Origin: Candidatus Falkowbacteria bacterium
GTDB taxonomy: Bacteria > Patescibacteriota > Patescibacteriia > CAIXNZ01
Assembly: GCA_963774955.1 (NCBI GenBank)
Contig: CAVZGV010000003.1
Span: forward strand, 192,771-256,770
DNA: 64,000 bases
Direction of reading: 5' to 3'
A program made the position numbers and the translations under genes. The notes beneath the pieces are model-generated. The model ran no database searches. It had not been told where the DNA came from and saw only the letters and a list, made by a program, of their open reading frames with translations. This document shows, one piece after another, positions 9,346 to 17,720 of the stretch. Positions within the stretch are counted from its first letter, which is position 1; each line of letters opens with the position of its first letter.

Positions 9346-11157
9346 ATGCTAACAGCTAATGAATTACGTCAAAAATATCTAGCCTTTTTTAAATCCAAAG
9401 GGCATGTGATCATACCCAGCGCTTCTTTAATTCCGGAAAATGATCCCAGTTCTCTTTTTACCACGGCCGGTATGCAGCCCTTGGTGCCATTTTTAATGGG
9501 CGAAAAACATCCGGCCGGTAATAGAATTGTTGATGTGCAAAAATGTATTCGCACAGGTGATATCGAAGACGTTGGCGATAACCGTCATAATACTTTTTTT
9601 GAAATGCTGGGCAACTGGTCTCTGGGTGATTATTTTAAAAAAGAAGCTATAGAGTGGTCCTGGGAGTTTTTGACTGATCCGCAATGGTTAGGCTTAGATT
9701 CGCAAAGGATTTTTGTTACGGTTTTTAAAGGTGAAGATGAAATTCCTGCGGATGAACAGTCACTGAAAATCTGGCAGGAAGTTTTAAAGAAAGAGGGGAT
9801 TACCCATGAGATTGCTAAAAATGGACAGGTTGATGATACGACCAGAATAATTCCTTTGGGCAAAGATGATAACTTCTGGATTGCCGGTGCCAGCGGTCCT
9901 TGCGGAGCAGACACAGAAATGTTTTATGACACCAATCCGCAGGCTGGGGCTTTAAATGATAGTTTTGAAAATTTAGTTAATAGCGGCCGTTTGATGGAAA
10001 TCTGGAACGATGTCTTTATGGAGTTTAATAAGTCTGCTGACGGCAAAGTTACCAAATTATCTCAGCAAAATGTCGATACTGGTATGGGGTTGGAGCGCAC
10101 CATCACAGTTTTAAACGGTTTTTCTAATGTATTTCAGACTGAATTATTTACTCCTTTGTTTAAAAAAATTGAACATTTAAGTCAAAAAAAATACGCTGAT
10201 AATGAACTGGCTTTTAGAATCATTGCTGACCATATTAAAGCCGCTACCATGATTTTGGGCGATGAAAAGGGGATTACGCCTTCAAATGTAGGCGCCGGTT
10301 ATGTTTTAAGACGACTGATTCGCCGAGCAGTGCGTTATGGTAAGCAATTAGAAATTAAAGATGTTTTTACTTTTAAAATTGCTGAGTTGGCAATTGATAT
10401 GTACAAGGATGCTTATCCTGAGATTAAAAAAAATAAGGAATTCGTTATTAATCAGTTGACTTTGGAAGAAGAAAAGTTTTTAAAAACAATTGAGCAGGGA
10501 CTAAAAGAAATGGAAAAAATGTCAGCCAAGAAAAAAATTTCAGGGCAGGAAGCTTTTATCCTTTTTTCCACTTATGGTTTTCCTTTGGAAATGACCCAGG
10601 AAATTGCTAAAGAAAAAGGCTATGAAATAGATGAAGAAGAATTTAAAACTGAATTTGTTAAGCATCAGGAGTTATCCCGCACAGCTTCGGCCGGTATGTT
10701 TAAAGGCGGGTTGGCAGACACTTCTGAACAGACCACTAAACTGCACACAGCCGCGCATTTAATGTTGGCTGCTTTGAGGCAGGTTTTGGGTCCGGATGTC
10801 TTTCAAAAGGGCAGTAATATCACGGCTGAAAGATTGCGTTTTGACTTCAGTTATGGCCAGAAAATGACCCCTGAGCAGATTAAACAAGTTGAAGATATAG
10901 TAAATGAACAAATATCTAAAAAAATAGCTGTAACTAGCGAAGAAATGGTGACTGATGAGGCCATAAATCAAGGAGCCATGGGTGTTTTTGGTCATAAATA
11001 TGGAGATAAAGTAAAGGTTTATTCTGTTGGTGATTTTTCTAAAGAAATTTGTGGCGGACCGCATGTTGACAATGTTGGTACTTTGGGACATTTCAAGATC
11101 CAAAAAGAAGAGAGTTCCAGCGCCGGGGTTAGGCGGATCAAGGCAATTTTGGAGTAG
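9346..11157 (+). CDS. alaS: alanine--tRNA ligase (short form)
   Basis: FTTAGMQP, HNTFFEMLGNWS, VDTGMGLER, HTAAH, EICGGPHV, AGVRRIKA. Confidence 0.97.
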   Translation: MLTANELRQKYLAFFKSKGHVIIPSASLIPENDPSSLFTTAGMQPLVPFLMGEKHPAGNRIVDVQKCIRTGDIEDVGDNRHNTFFEMLGNWSLGDYFKKEAIEWSWEFLTDPQWLGLDSQRIFVTVFKGEDEIPADEQSLKIWQEVLKKEGITHEIAKNGQVDDTTRIIPLGKDDNFWIAGASGPCGADTEMFYDTNPQAGALNDSFENLVNSGRLMEIWNDVFMEFNKSADGKVTKLSQQNVDTGMGLERTITVLNGFSNVFQTELFTPLFKKIEHLSQKKYADNELAFRIIADHIKAATMILGDEKGITPSNVGAGYVLRRLIRRAVRYGKQLEIKDVFTFKIAELAIDMYKDAYPEIKKNKEFVINQLTLEEEKFLKTIEQGLKEMEKMSAKKKISGQEAFILFSTYGFPLEMTQEIAKEKGYEIDEEEFKTEFVKHQELSRTASAGMFKGGLADTSEQTTKLHTAAHLMLAALRQVLGPDVFQKGSNITAERLRFDFSYGQKMTPEQIKQVEDIVNEQISKKIAVTSEEMVTDEAINQGAMGVFGHKYGDKVKVYSVGDFSKEICGGPHVDNVGTLGHFKIQKEESSSAGVRRIKAILE

Positions 11158-11307
11158 TTTCTTGACATTTTCCAGGGATACTATATAATATAATTATCTA
11201 TAAATTAACTTTATAATTTATCAGATTATTAACCAAAACTGGTTTTTTGCATTTAGGTTCTTGCAAAGAATCGATTTTTTAGTTAACATTACAACGACCA
11301 TTAAATT

Positions 11308-11547
11308 ATGGTAGCGAAAACCAACAGTCAGGTTAAATCAAAAGATTTCATTGAGATGAAAGGTGTGGTTGCTGAATTGCTTCCAGCCGGCAGTTTTAAA
11401 ATTAGGCTGGAAAATGGCCAGGAGATCCTGGGTTTTTTGTCAGGCAAAATGAGAATGCATAAAATCAGAATTTTGCCGGGTGATGAAGTTAAGGTGGAAT
11501 TAACACCTTATGATTTGACCAAAGGCCGAGTAACCTATAGATTTTAG
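11308..11547 (+). CDS. infA: translation initiation factor IF-1
   Basis: [34 protein letters not shown]. Confidence 0.97.
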   Translation: MVAKTNSQVKSKDFIEMKGVVAELLPAGSFKIRLENGQEILGFLSGKMRMHKIRILPGDEVKVELTPYDLTKGRVTYRF

Positions 11548-11617
11548 CCCTCTTTGGCTCAATAAGAGTTTTAGAGGTTAAAGTATTAAATAAGTTTATT
11601 TAATTTTTTTGTTTAGT

Positions 11618-11734
11618 ATGAAGGTAAGATCTTCTGTCCGACCAATGTGCCGAGATTGCAAAGTCATTAGGCGCAAAAAAAGAGTCTGGGTGATTTGCAA
11701 GAAAAATGCCAAACATAAACAGCGCCAGGGCTAA
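11618..11734 (+). CDS. rpmJ: 50S ribosomal protein L36 (not in the ORF track)
   Basis: Manual translation [38 protein letters not shown]. Confidence 0.97.
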   Translation: MKVRSSVRPMCRDCKVIRRKKRVWVICKKNAKHKQRQG

Positions 11735-11802
11735 CTGTTGCCTTTTTATTTATGCCGCCAAGCGGCATCACGCCAAAAGCGTAGATAATTTATCATTTTG
11801 AT

Positions 11803-12195
11803 ATGCCGATTAGAATCGGGGGTGTAACTTTACCCCAAGACAAAAGAATAGTAATTTCCTTAACTTATATATATGGAATTGGCAATACTACAGCCAAGAA
11901 GATTTTGTCGTCAGTAAAAATTAATCCCGATACCAGAGTTAAAGATTTGACAGAAGCTGACGAAGCAAAAATCAGAGAATTTATTAAGACAAATTATAAA
12001 ATAGAAGGTGATTTAAAAAGAGATGTTTTGGGTAATATTAAACGTTTAAAAGAAATAAAATGTTACCGCGGCATACGCCATTCCAAGAATTTACCCTGCC
12101 GAGGTCAACGAACCAAGACAAATTCCCGCACAGTCCGCGGTAATGTCAGGAAGACTTTAATGAGCGGCAGGAAAATATCGGCTCAGAAAACTTAA
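11803..12195 (+). CDS. rpsM: 30S ribosomal protein S13
   Basis: [28 protein letters not shown]. Confidence 0.97.
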   Translation: MPIRIGGVTLPQDKRIVISLTYIYGIGNTTAKKILSSVKINPDTRVKDLTEADEAKIREFIKTNYKIEGDLKRDVLGNIKRLKEIKCYRGIRHSKNLPCRGQRTKTNSRTVRGNVRKTLMSGRKISAQKT

Positions 12196-12255
12196 TTTTA
12201 GTAATAAGTGCCGCGTAGCGGCATTATAATAGGAAATAATTTGATTATTTTAAAT

Positions 12256-12711
12256 ATGACAGAAGAAAAAGACCAAAAAATTGAAGAAGTTGCAGCTGAA
12301 ACAGGCCAAGAAGAGACAGCAGAAGGCAAAAAAGTGACTGGCAAAAAGAAAAAGCAGATTCGCCAGATTTCTCATGGACGAGCTTATGTTCAGGCTACTT
12401 ATAATAATACCATCATCACCTTAACCGATTTAAACGGTAATGTTTTGAGCTGGTCCAGTGCCGGACAAAATAATTTTAAAGGCCCTAAGAAAGCGACTCC
12501 TTACGCAGCCAGCGTGATTGTTAAGGATGCGGTTGATAAGTCCAAGCCTTATGGTTTGAAGAATGTCAACGTGTTTGTGAAAGGCGTTGGCTCCGGGCGA
12601 GAAGCGGCTGTCAGAGCTTTGAATACTTATGGTTTGAATGTTGTTTCAGTTAAAGATGTTACGCCTATTCCTCATAATGGCTGCCGACACAGAAGACCAA
12701 GACGCGTTTAA
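12256..12711 (+). CDS. rpsK: 30S ribosomal protein S11
   Basis: ATYNNTIIT, KKATPYAA, DVTPIPHNGCR. Confidence 0.97.
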   Translation: MTEEKDQKIEEVAAETGQEETAEGKKVTGKKKKQIRQISHGRAYVQATYNNTIITLTDLNGNVLSWSSAGQNNFKGPKKATPYAASVIVKDAVDKSKPYGLKNVNVFVKGVGSGREAAVRALNTYGLNVVSVKDVTPIPHNGCRHRRPRRV

Positions 12712-12735
12712 TTAAAAATTTACTATAAATAATAT

Positions 12736-13365
12736 ATGGCAAGACTTTTAATGGCAAAATGCAGACAATGCAGACGAGAAGGCGTTAAACTTTTTTTAAA
12801 GGCCGATCGTTGTAATTCACCCAAATGCGCGATGGTCAAGAGAAATTTTCCGCCCGGTGTTCATGGCAGTAAAGGCTATGGCCGACCGACTGGTTATGGT
12901 CAGCAGCTTAGAGAAAAACAAAAGGCAAAAAGAATTTATAGAATCCTGGAAAAACAAATGCATAATTATTTTGTTAAGGCCAGTAAGTCCAAGGGCAATA
13001 CCGAAGAAACATTTTTGCAGCTTTTGGAAATGCGCTTTGATAATGTTATTTATCGTTTGGGTTTTGCCAAATCGAGAAATTTAGCGCGCCAAATGATTTC
13101 TCATAACCATTTTACAATCAATCATAAAAAAGTAAATATCCCGTCATATCAGCTGAAAATCGGCGAAGTGATCGGCATAAATGAAGGCAGTAAAAAAATT
13201 AAATTGCTGGCAACTTTGAAGGAACAGCTTAAAGGCAGGGAATCATTATCATGGTTATTTTTAGATGAGGACAAGTTAGAAATAAAAGTAACAGGGAAGC
13301 CTACTCTGGCTGAAAACAAGGGTGAGTTTGACATGAAGTTGATTATTGAGTTTTACTCGAAATAA
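12736..13365 (+). CDS. rpsD: 30S ribosomal protein S4
   Basis: CRREGVKLFLK, QLREKQKAK, LEMRFDNVIYRLGFA. Confidence 0.97.
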   Translation: MARLLMAKCRQCRREGVKLFLKADRCNSPKCAMVKRNFPPGVHGSKGYGRPTGYGQQLREKQKAKRIYRILEKQMHNYFVKASKSKGNTEETFLQLLEMRFDNVIYRLGFAKSRNLARQMISHNHFTINHKKVNIPSYQLKIGEVIGINEGSKKIKLLATLKEQLKGRESLSWLFLDEDKLEIKVTGKPTLAENKGEFDMKLIIEFYSK

Positions 13366-13413
13366 AAATTAAATAATATTATTGAGGGGGAACCTTCAAC
13401 TAACAAATCCATT

Positions 13414-14196
13414 ATGGAAAACATTTTTTTACCATCAAAAATTGAATTAAAGGAAGGTGAAACAAAAAATGAAGGGATTTTAGTAATTGAACCTTTATTC
13501 CATGGCTATGGTACTACCATTGGCAATGCTTTGCGACGTGTAATTTTGTCTTCTTTGCCTGGCGCTGCGATCACTTCTTTTAAAATTAAAGGTGCCCAGC
13601 ATGAGTTTTCCACTATTAAAGGGATTTATGAGGATGTTTTAGAAATCGTTTTGAATTTAAAGCAATTACGTTTAAAGGTGTATTCTGAAGAGCCCGTGAC
13701 CTTGAAATTAGTGAAAAAAGGCGAAGGTGAAGTTCTGGCCAAGGATATTACTAAGGATGCTAATGTTGAAATTATAAATTCTAATTTGAAAATTTTGACT
13801 TTAACCGATAAAAATATTGAATTAAATATGGAAATCGTGGTCCAGAAAGGTATGGGTTTTGAACCTACTGAAAACCGTAATAAAGCTGATTTGCCGGTCG
13901 GTTCAATCGCTATAGATTCTATTTTTACTCCGATTGTTGACGTCGGTTTTAATGTGGAAAATACCCGCGTAGGACAGATTACTAACTTTGATAAGCTGAC
14001 CTTAACCGTTAAGACAGACGGTACAACGGCGCCTGAATATGCGATCAATTATGCGGTAAAAATTTTATTAGATCATTTTAATTTATTATATAAAGGCGAA
14101 TTGCAGGCTGAAGTTGTAAAATCAGATGATGAGGAAGAAGCTCCAGCTAAAAAGGAAGCCAAAGTTAAAAAAATAGCCAAGAAAGTTAAAAAATAA
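13414..14196 (+). CDS. rpoA: RNA polymerase alpha subunit (N-terminal domain only)
   Basis: EPLFHGYGTTIGNALRR, HEFSTI, VENTRVGQITNFDKL; 260 aa. Confidence 0.96.
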   Translation: MENIFLPSKIELKEGETKNEGILVIEPLFHGYGTTIGNALRRVILSSLPGAAITSFKIKGAQHEFSTIKGIYEDVLEIVLNLKQLRLKVYSEEPVTLKLVKKGEGEVLAKDITKDANVEIINSNLKILTLTDKNIELNMEIVVQKGMGFEPTENRNKADLPVGSIAIDSIFTPIVDVGFNVENTRVGQITNFDKLTLTVKTDGTTAPEYAINYAVKILLDHFNLLYKGELQAEVVKSDDEEEAPAKKEAKVKKIAKKVKK

Positions 14197-14203
14197 TTAA
14201 ACT

Positions 14204-14554
14204 ATGAGGCATCGCAATGTTAATAAAATTTTAGATCGGAAAAAAGGCCCACGCAAAGCTTTGTTGCGTGCTTTGGCTACGAGTTTGATATTGTATGAAA
14301 AAATCAAAACAACTGACGGCAAAGCCAGGGCCCTGAAGGGACAAGTTGAAAAACTGATCACCAAAGGCAAGCCGAATAATTTAGTTGCCAGACGTCATCT
14401 GATAAAAACGCTTTACAGTAAAAATGCGGTTAAAAAAGTGCTGGAAGTTCTGAGCCCACGTTACTTGGACCGAAAAGGCGGTTATTTGCGGATTACTAAG
14501 TTAAATCAGAGGCAGGGTGACGGAGCTAATATGGTTTTAATTGAATTTGTTTAA
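14204..14554 (+). CDS. rplQ: 50S ribosomal protein L17
   Basis: MRHR, IKTT..KA, VEKLITKGK, RKGGYLRI. Confidence 0.97.
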   Translation: MRHRNVNKILDRKKGPRKALLRALATSLILYEKIKTTDGKARALKGQVEKLITKGKPNNLVARRHLIKTLYSKNAVKKVLEVLSPRYLDRKGGYLRITKLNQRQGDGANMVLIEFV

Positions 14555-14558
14555 AGTT

Positions 14559-14954
14559 ATGACAAAAACTATTTTTAATTATAAAATTGACAGGAAAAAG
14601 CACTTGGTGGATGCCACTGATCAGGTTTTGGGTCGCTTGGCTACGAAGATAGCGACTTTGTTAATGGGCAAACATAAAGCAAATTATACCCCAAATGTGG
14701 ATAATGGCGACTTTGTTGAAATTAGTAATGCGGACAAGATCAAAATAACAGGTAAAAAGCTGGAACAGAAAAAATACTATGACCATTCTGAATATCCGGG
14801 AGGCTTAAAAACCCAAAAAATGGGTCAGAGATTCAGTGTTGATCCGGGCTATGTAATCAAGAGAACGGTTTATCGCATGTTGCCGAAAAATAAATTGCGT
14901 GCAAATTTTTATAAAAGATTGACTTTTAATCCTCCTACATCACGTAAAGCGTGA
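14559..14954 (+). CDS. rplM: 50S ribosomal protein L13
   Basis: VDATDQVLGRLAT, GKHKANYTPNVDNGD, YPGGLK, MLPKNKL. Confidence 0.96.
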   Translation: MTKTIFNYKIDRKKHLVDATDQVLGRLATKIATLLMGKHKANYTPNVDNGDFVEISNADKIKITGKKLEQKKYYDHSEYPGGLKTQKMGQRFSVDPGYVIKRTVYRMLPKNKLRANFYKRLTFNPPTSRKA

Positions 14955-15006
14955 TTCCGGCCTTTGCCGACCGTAGTCGGCTACGGCCGACGCAGGTCGG
15001 AGGATT
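14928..15006. repeat. nested palindromic element overlapping the rplM 3' end
   Basis: AATCCTCC...GGAGGATT enclosing ATCACG-TAAAG-CGTGAT and GCCGAC-CGTA-GTCGGC hairpins. Confidence 0.6.
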
Positions 15007-15064
15007 GGAGGCGAGGTTTAAACTCGATATTAATTAATTACATTTGGAAATCCAAGAAATAACT

Positions 15065-15502
15065 ATGGCTGAAAAAAATACTCCTAAAACTAAAGAAGAG
15101 CCTCAGGCAACGGCAAAATATATACAAGCAGTCGGCAGACGCAAAACAGCCATTGCCACGGTTAGGCTTTATGTTAAAGGTAGCGGTCAGATAACTATTA
15201 ATAACAAGAAGCTAATTGAATATTTTCCTACTATTTTAAATCAGGATATTGTCAATGCGCCCTTAAAAATCACGGATTTGCTGGGTAAATTTGATATTAC
15301 AATAATTGTCAGGGGCGGCGGTAAGACCGGACAAGCTGAGGCCATCAGGCTAGGAATTGCCCGAGTACTTCAGGAAAATGATAAAGAGTTGCGTAAAACT
15401 TTAAAAGTTGCCGGATTTTTAAAGCGTGATGCCAGAATCAAGGAAAGAAAGAAACCAGGCTTGAAAAGAGCCAGAAAAGCTCCACAGTGGTCCAAACGTT
15501 AA
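15065..15502 (+). CDS. rpsI: 30S ribosomal protein S9
   Basis: GRRKTAIA, GGGKTGQAEAIRLGIAR, KERKKPGLKRARKAPQWSKR. Confidence 0.97.
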   Translation: MAEKNTPKTKEEPQATAKYIQAVGRRKTAIATVRLYVKGSGQITINNKKLIEYFPTILNQDIVNAPLKITDLLGKFDITIIVRGGGKTGQAEAIRLGIARVLQENDKELRKTLKVAGFLKRDARIKERKKPGLKRARKAPQWSKR

Positions 15503-15525
15503 TTATATTAGCAGTAAGATAAGTC

Positions 15526-15551
15526 AAAAACCCCGCGTTGCGGGGTTTTTT
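15526..15551 (+). terminator. intrinsic terminator of the ribosomal operon
   Basis: AAAAACCCCGC-GTT-GCGGGGTTTTTT. Confidence 0.8.
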
Positions 15552-15640
15552 GTTTGTTTTAGCCAAAATGCTGCAGGGATTTTTGTTTGACATGATTATT
15601 TATGGTATAATAAAGTTAAGTTAAAAATCTATCCACACCC

Positions 15641-16168
15641 ATGAATTTTTTACCTAATATTAACTGGGCCGTGCCGAGTTGGGATTTGTTTATAATCTTA
15701 TTTTTTGTGGTGGCTGCATTTTTATACGGCTTATCTTTGGGGCGTGATCGGATCATTGTAATTCTGGTAAGTATTTATGTAGCCTTGGCCATTGTCAATA
15801 CCGCGCCTTATTTAAATAATTTTTCCGCGGAAATCAGCTTTAATAATGCTTCAATTTTCAAGGTTACCATCTTTCTGGGCATTTTTATCGTTCTATTTTT
15901 TCTGCTTTCACGCAGCGCTTTATTAAATACTATTGCCGCTTCAGACAGCCCGGGGCGCTGGTGGCAGTCCATTGTTTTTAGTTTTTTCCATGTAGGCTTA
16001 ATGCTCAGTATTTTAATGACCTATTTACCCAAAGAAGTTCTGGGCAATGTTTCGGAAAATATGCGCAATTTGTTTATTTCTGATCCGGCTAAATTCTTTT
16101 GGCTGGTTACGCCCATTGTCATGATGGTCTTAATTAGAAAAAATAAGAAAAAAGGTTTAGAGGAATAA
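15641..16168 (+). CDS. membrane protein (CvpA-like topology)
   Basis: About 5 TM segments; WDLFIILFF..FLYGLSLGR. Confidence 0.7.
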   Translation: MNFLPNINWAVPSWDLFIILFFVVAAFLYGLSLGRDRIIVILVSIYVALAIVNTAPYLNNFSAEISFNNASIFKVTIFLGIFIVLFFLLSRSALLNTIAASDSPGRWWQSIVFSFFHVGLMLSILMTYLPKEVLGNVSENMRNLFISDPAKFFWLVTPIVMMVLIRKNKKKGLEE

Positions 16169-16173
16169 GACTT

Positions 16174-16881
16174 ATGAAGTTGAGTAAAATTACAATTTTT
16201 TGTTTGCTAGCGGCTGCGATGATGACAGCCGGAGTTTTGGTTGTGCAAGCAGCCGGATTTGTCAGCTATGAAGATGGCGCGACGAATCCAAAATTGTACT
16301 TTTGGGATAATGTCAGAATGGTTGGGCAGGGTTTAAAAATGTCGCCAGACGGTACGGCTGACGCAGAAATTGTCGGTGGCGGTATTTTGAAAATTATTGG
16401 CAAGGATCTTTTTGTCAGAGGTTTGATCGGCTTTGAATGCGCTGATTATCCCAACAATGTTAATTGTCAGGCGGCTATCGGCAATCTGGGTGTGTCTTTT
16501 TTGACCATGGATCAGATCAGCTCAGTTGCTGATTTAAATATTATTTCTCAAAACAGCAATATTAGTTTGAACGGTCTTTTAGACGGCAAAATCAATATGT
16601 CCGGTAAATTAATGATTAAAAATAATAACAATCTGATAGTGACTAATCAGGATCCCTTACCTATTGATTCTAATAGTGTCTTTGTTAATGATTTAGCAGT
16701 TAGCGAGTTGAGTGACACCGGCGCAATTGATCCTGATTCTGGCCAAAGAAGCGGCTTGACTTTGCCGACAATAAAATTTGATGAAATACCTGAAAATAAT
16801 GAATTAGGCAATGCCCATCCAATTATGTTTTATCCCAAAAGATTAATTAATATTAATCTAATAAATGTAAACGCCCCTTAA
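16174..16881 (+). CDS. secreted hypothetical protein
   Basis: Signal peptide ending VQA; beta-strand-rich, N/G/I-rich. Confidence 0.7.
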   Translation: MKLSKITIFCLLAAAMMTAGVLVVQAAGFVSYEDGATNPKLYFWDNVRMVGQGLKMSPDGTADAEIVGGGILKIIGKDLFVRGLIGFECADYPNNVNCQAAIGNLGVSFLTMDQISSVADLNIISQNSNISLNGLLDGKINMSGKLMIKNNNNLIVTNQDPLPIDSNSVFVNDLAVSELSDTGAIDPDSGQRSGLTLPTIKFDEIPENNELGNAHPIMFYPKRLININLINVNAP

Positions 16882-16885
16882 TCTT

Positions 16886-17710
16886 ATGTCTAAGGTCTAT
16901 AAAGCGATTATTTTATTGAGCAGCCTGGCCGTGATATTAATGGTTGGACGTTTTGTTTTTGCCTCAAACAGCGGTTATTTTTTAGAAAAAAATAATAATT
17001 TATATATTCTTGATAATCTGCATATCAACGGCTATCTGGCCGTGGAAAATACCTTGAGTACAGCTACCGGCAAGCTGGGAGATGTGCTAATTGGTGAATA
17101 TTTATTATTGGATGAAAGTAATAATTTATATTTTTGTGAAGACATCAGGGTCCCCAAAGTAAATACGCCTTTGAATAAAGATTGCAATTCTAAAATTCTA
17201 ATCTGGACACCTGACAGTTTGGAAATTAAAAGCGACCGTTATCAGCTAGTGGCCAATAAATTGTCAGCGCCAAACGGGACTATAAATTTTCAGCCTGCTA
17301 GCGCTGCTAGCGCTGCTAGCGGGAAAAATGTGCAGACCAAATACCCGGTCAAGTTAACCGGCTGTTTTTCTAATGACGGCAGTAATACTTGTGAAAATTC
17401 TGAAGTAAAGTCAGGTAATATCTATTTAAAAACTTTATCCGCGCTTTCAGCCAAAACCGGCTTATCTATCAGCGCCCAAACCTTGCACTTCACCGGAATA
17501 GATCTTGGTCCTGAAAAGAATATAAATAATCAGTGGATTTGCTGGAAAGCAGGGTTGACGAATAGTTGTAAAACAGCTTTTGGCGGCGCTTATGCGAGCG
17601 ATAGATGGACGTTTGCAGTTTCATCTCTCGGTACGACTTATACTCACGTAAAAGATAATAACACCCTCCAGGGTTCGAAATTGTGCTGTCATCTAAAAGT
17701 TACCTTTTAA
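16886..17710 (+). CDS. secreted hypothetical protein
   Basis: Signal peptide ending VFA; Cys pairs; (CTGCTAGCG)x3 at 17295-17321. Confidence 0.7.
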   Translation: MSKVYKAIILLSSLAVILMVGRFVFASNSGYFLEKNNNLYILDNLHINGYLAVENTLSTATGKLGDVLIGEYLLLDESNNLYFCEDIRVPKVNTPLNKDCNSKILIWTPDSLEIKSDRYQLVANKLSAPNGTINFQPASAASAASGKNVQTKYPVKLTGCFSNDGSNTCENSEVKSGNIYLKTLSALSAKTGLSISAQTLHFTGIDLGPEKNINNQWICWKAGLTNSCKTAFGGAYASDRWTFAVSSLGTTYTHVKDNNTLQGSKLCCHLKVTF

Positions 17711-17720
17711 TCAATCAATT

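Noticed and set aside
9346-11157. AlaRS is only 603 aa
   Set aside because: Short AlaRS lacking the C-terminal domain is a known form; catalytic and editing motifs are intact
17295-17321. (CTGCTAGCG)x3 microrepeat
   Set aside because: In-frame 9-bp slippage encoding ASAASAAS; no sign of phase variation
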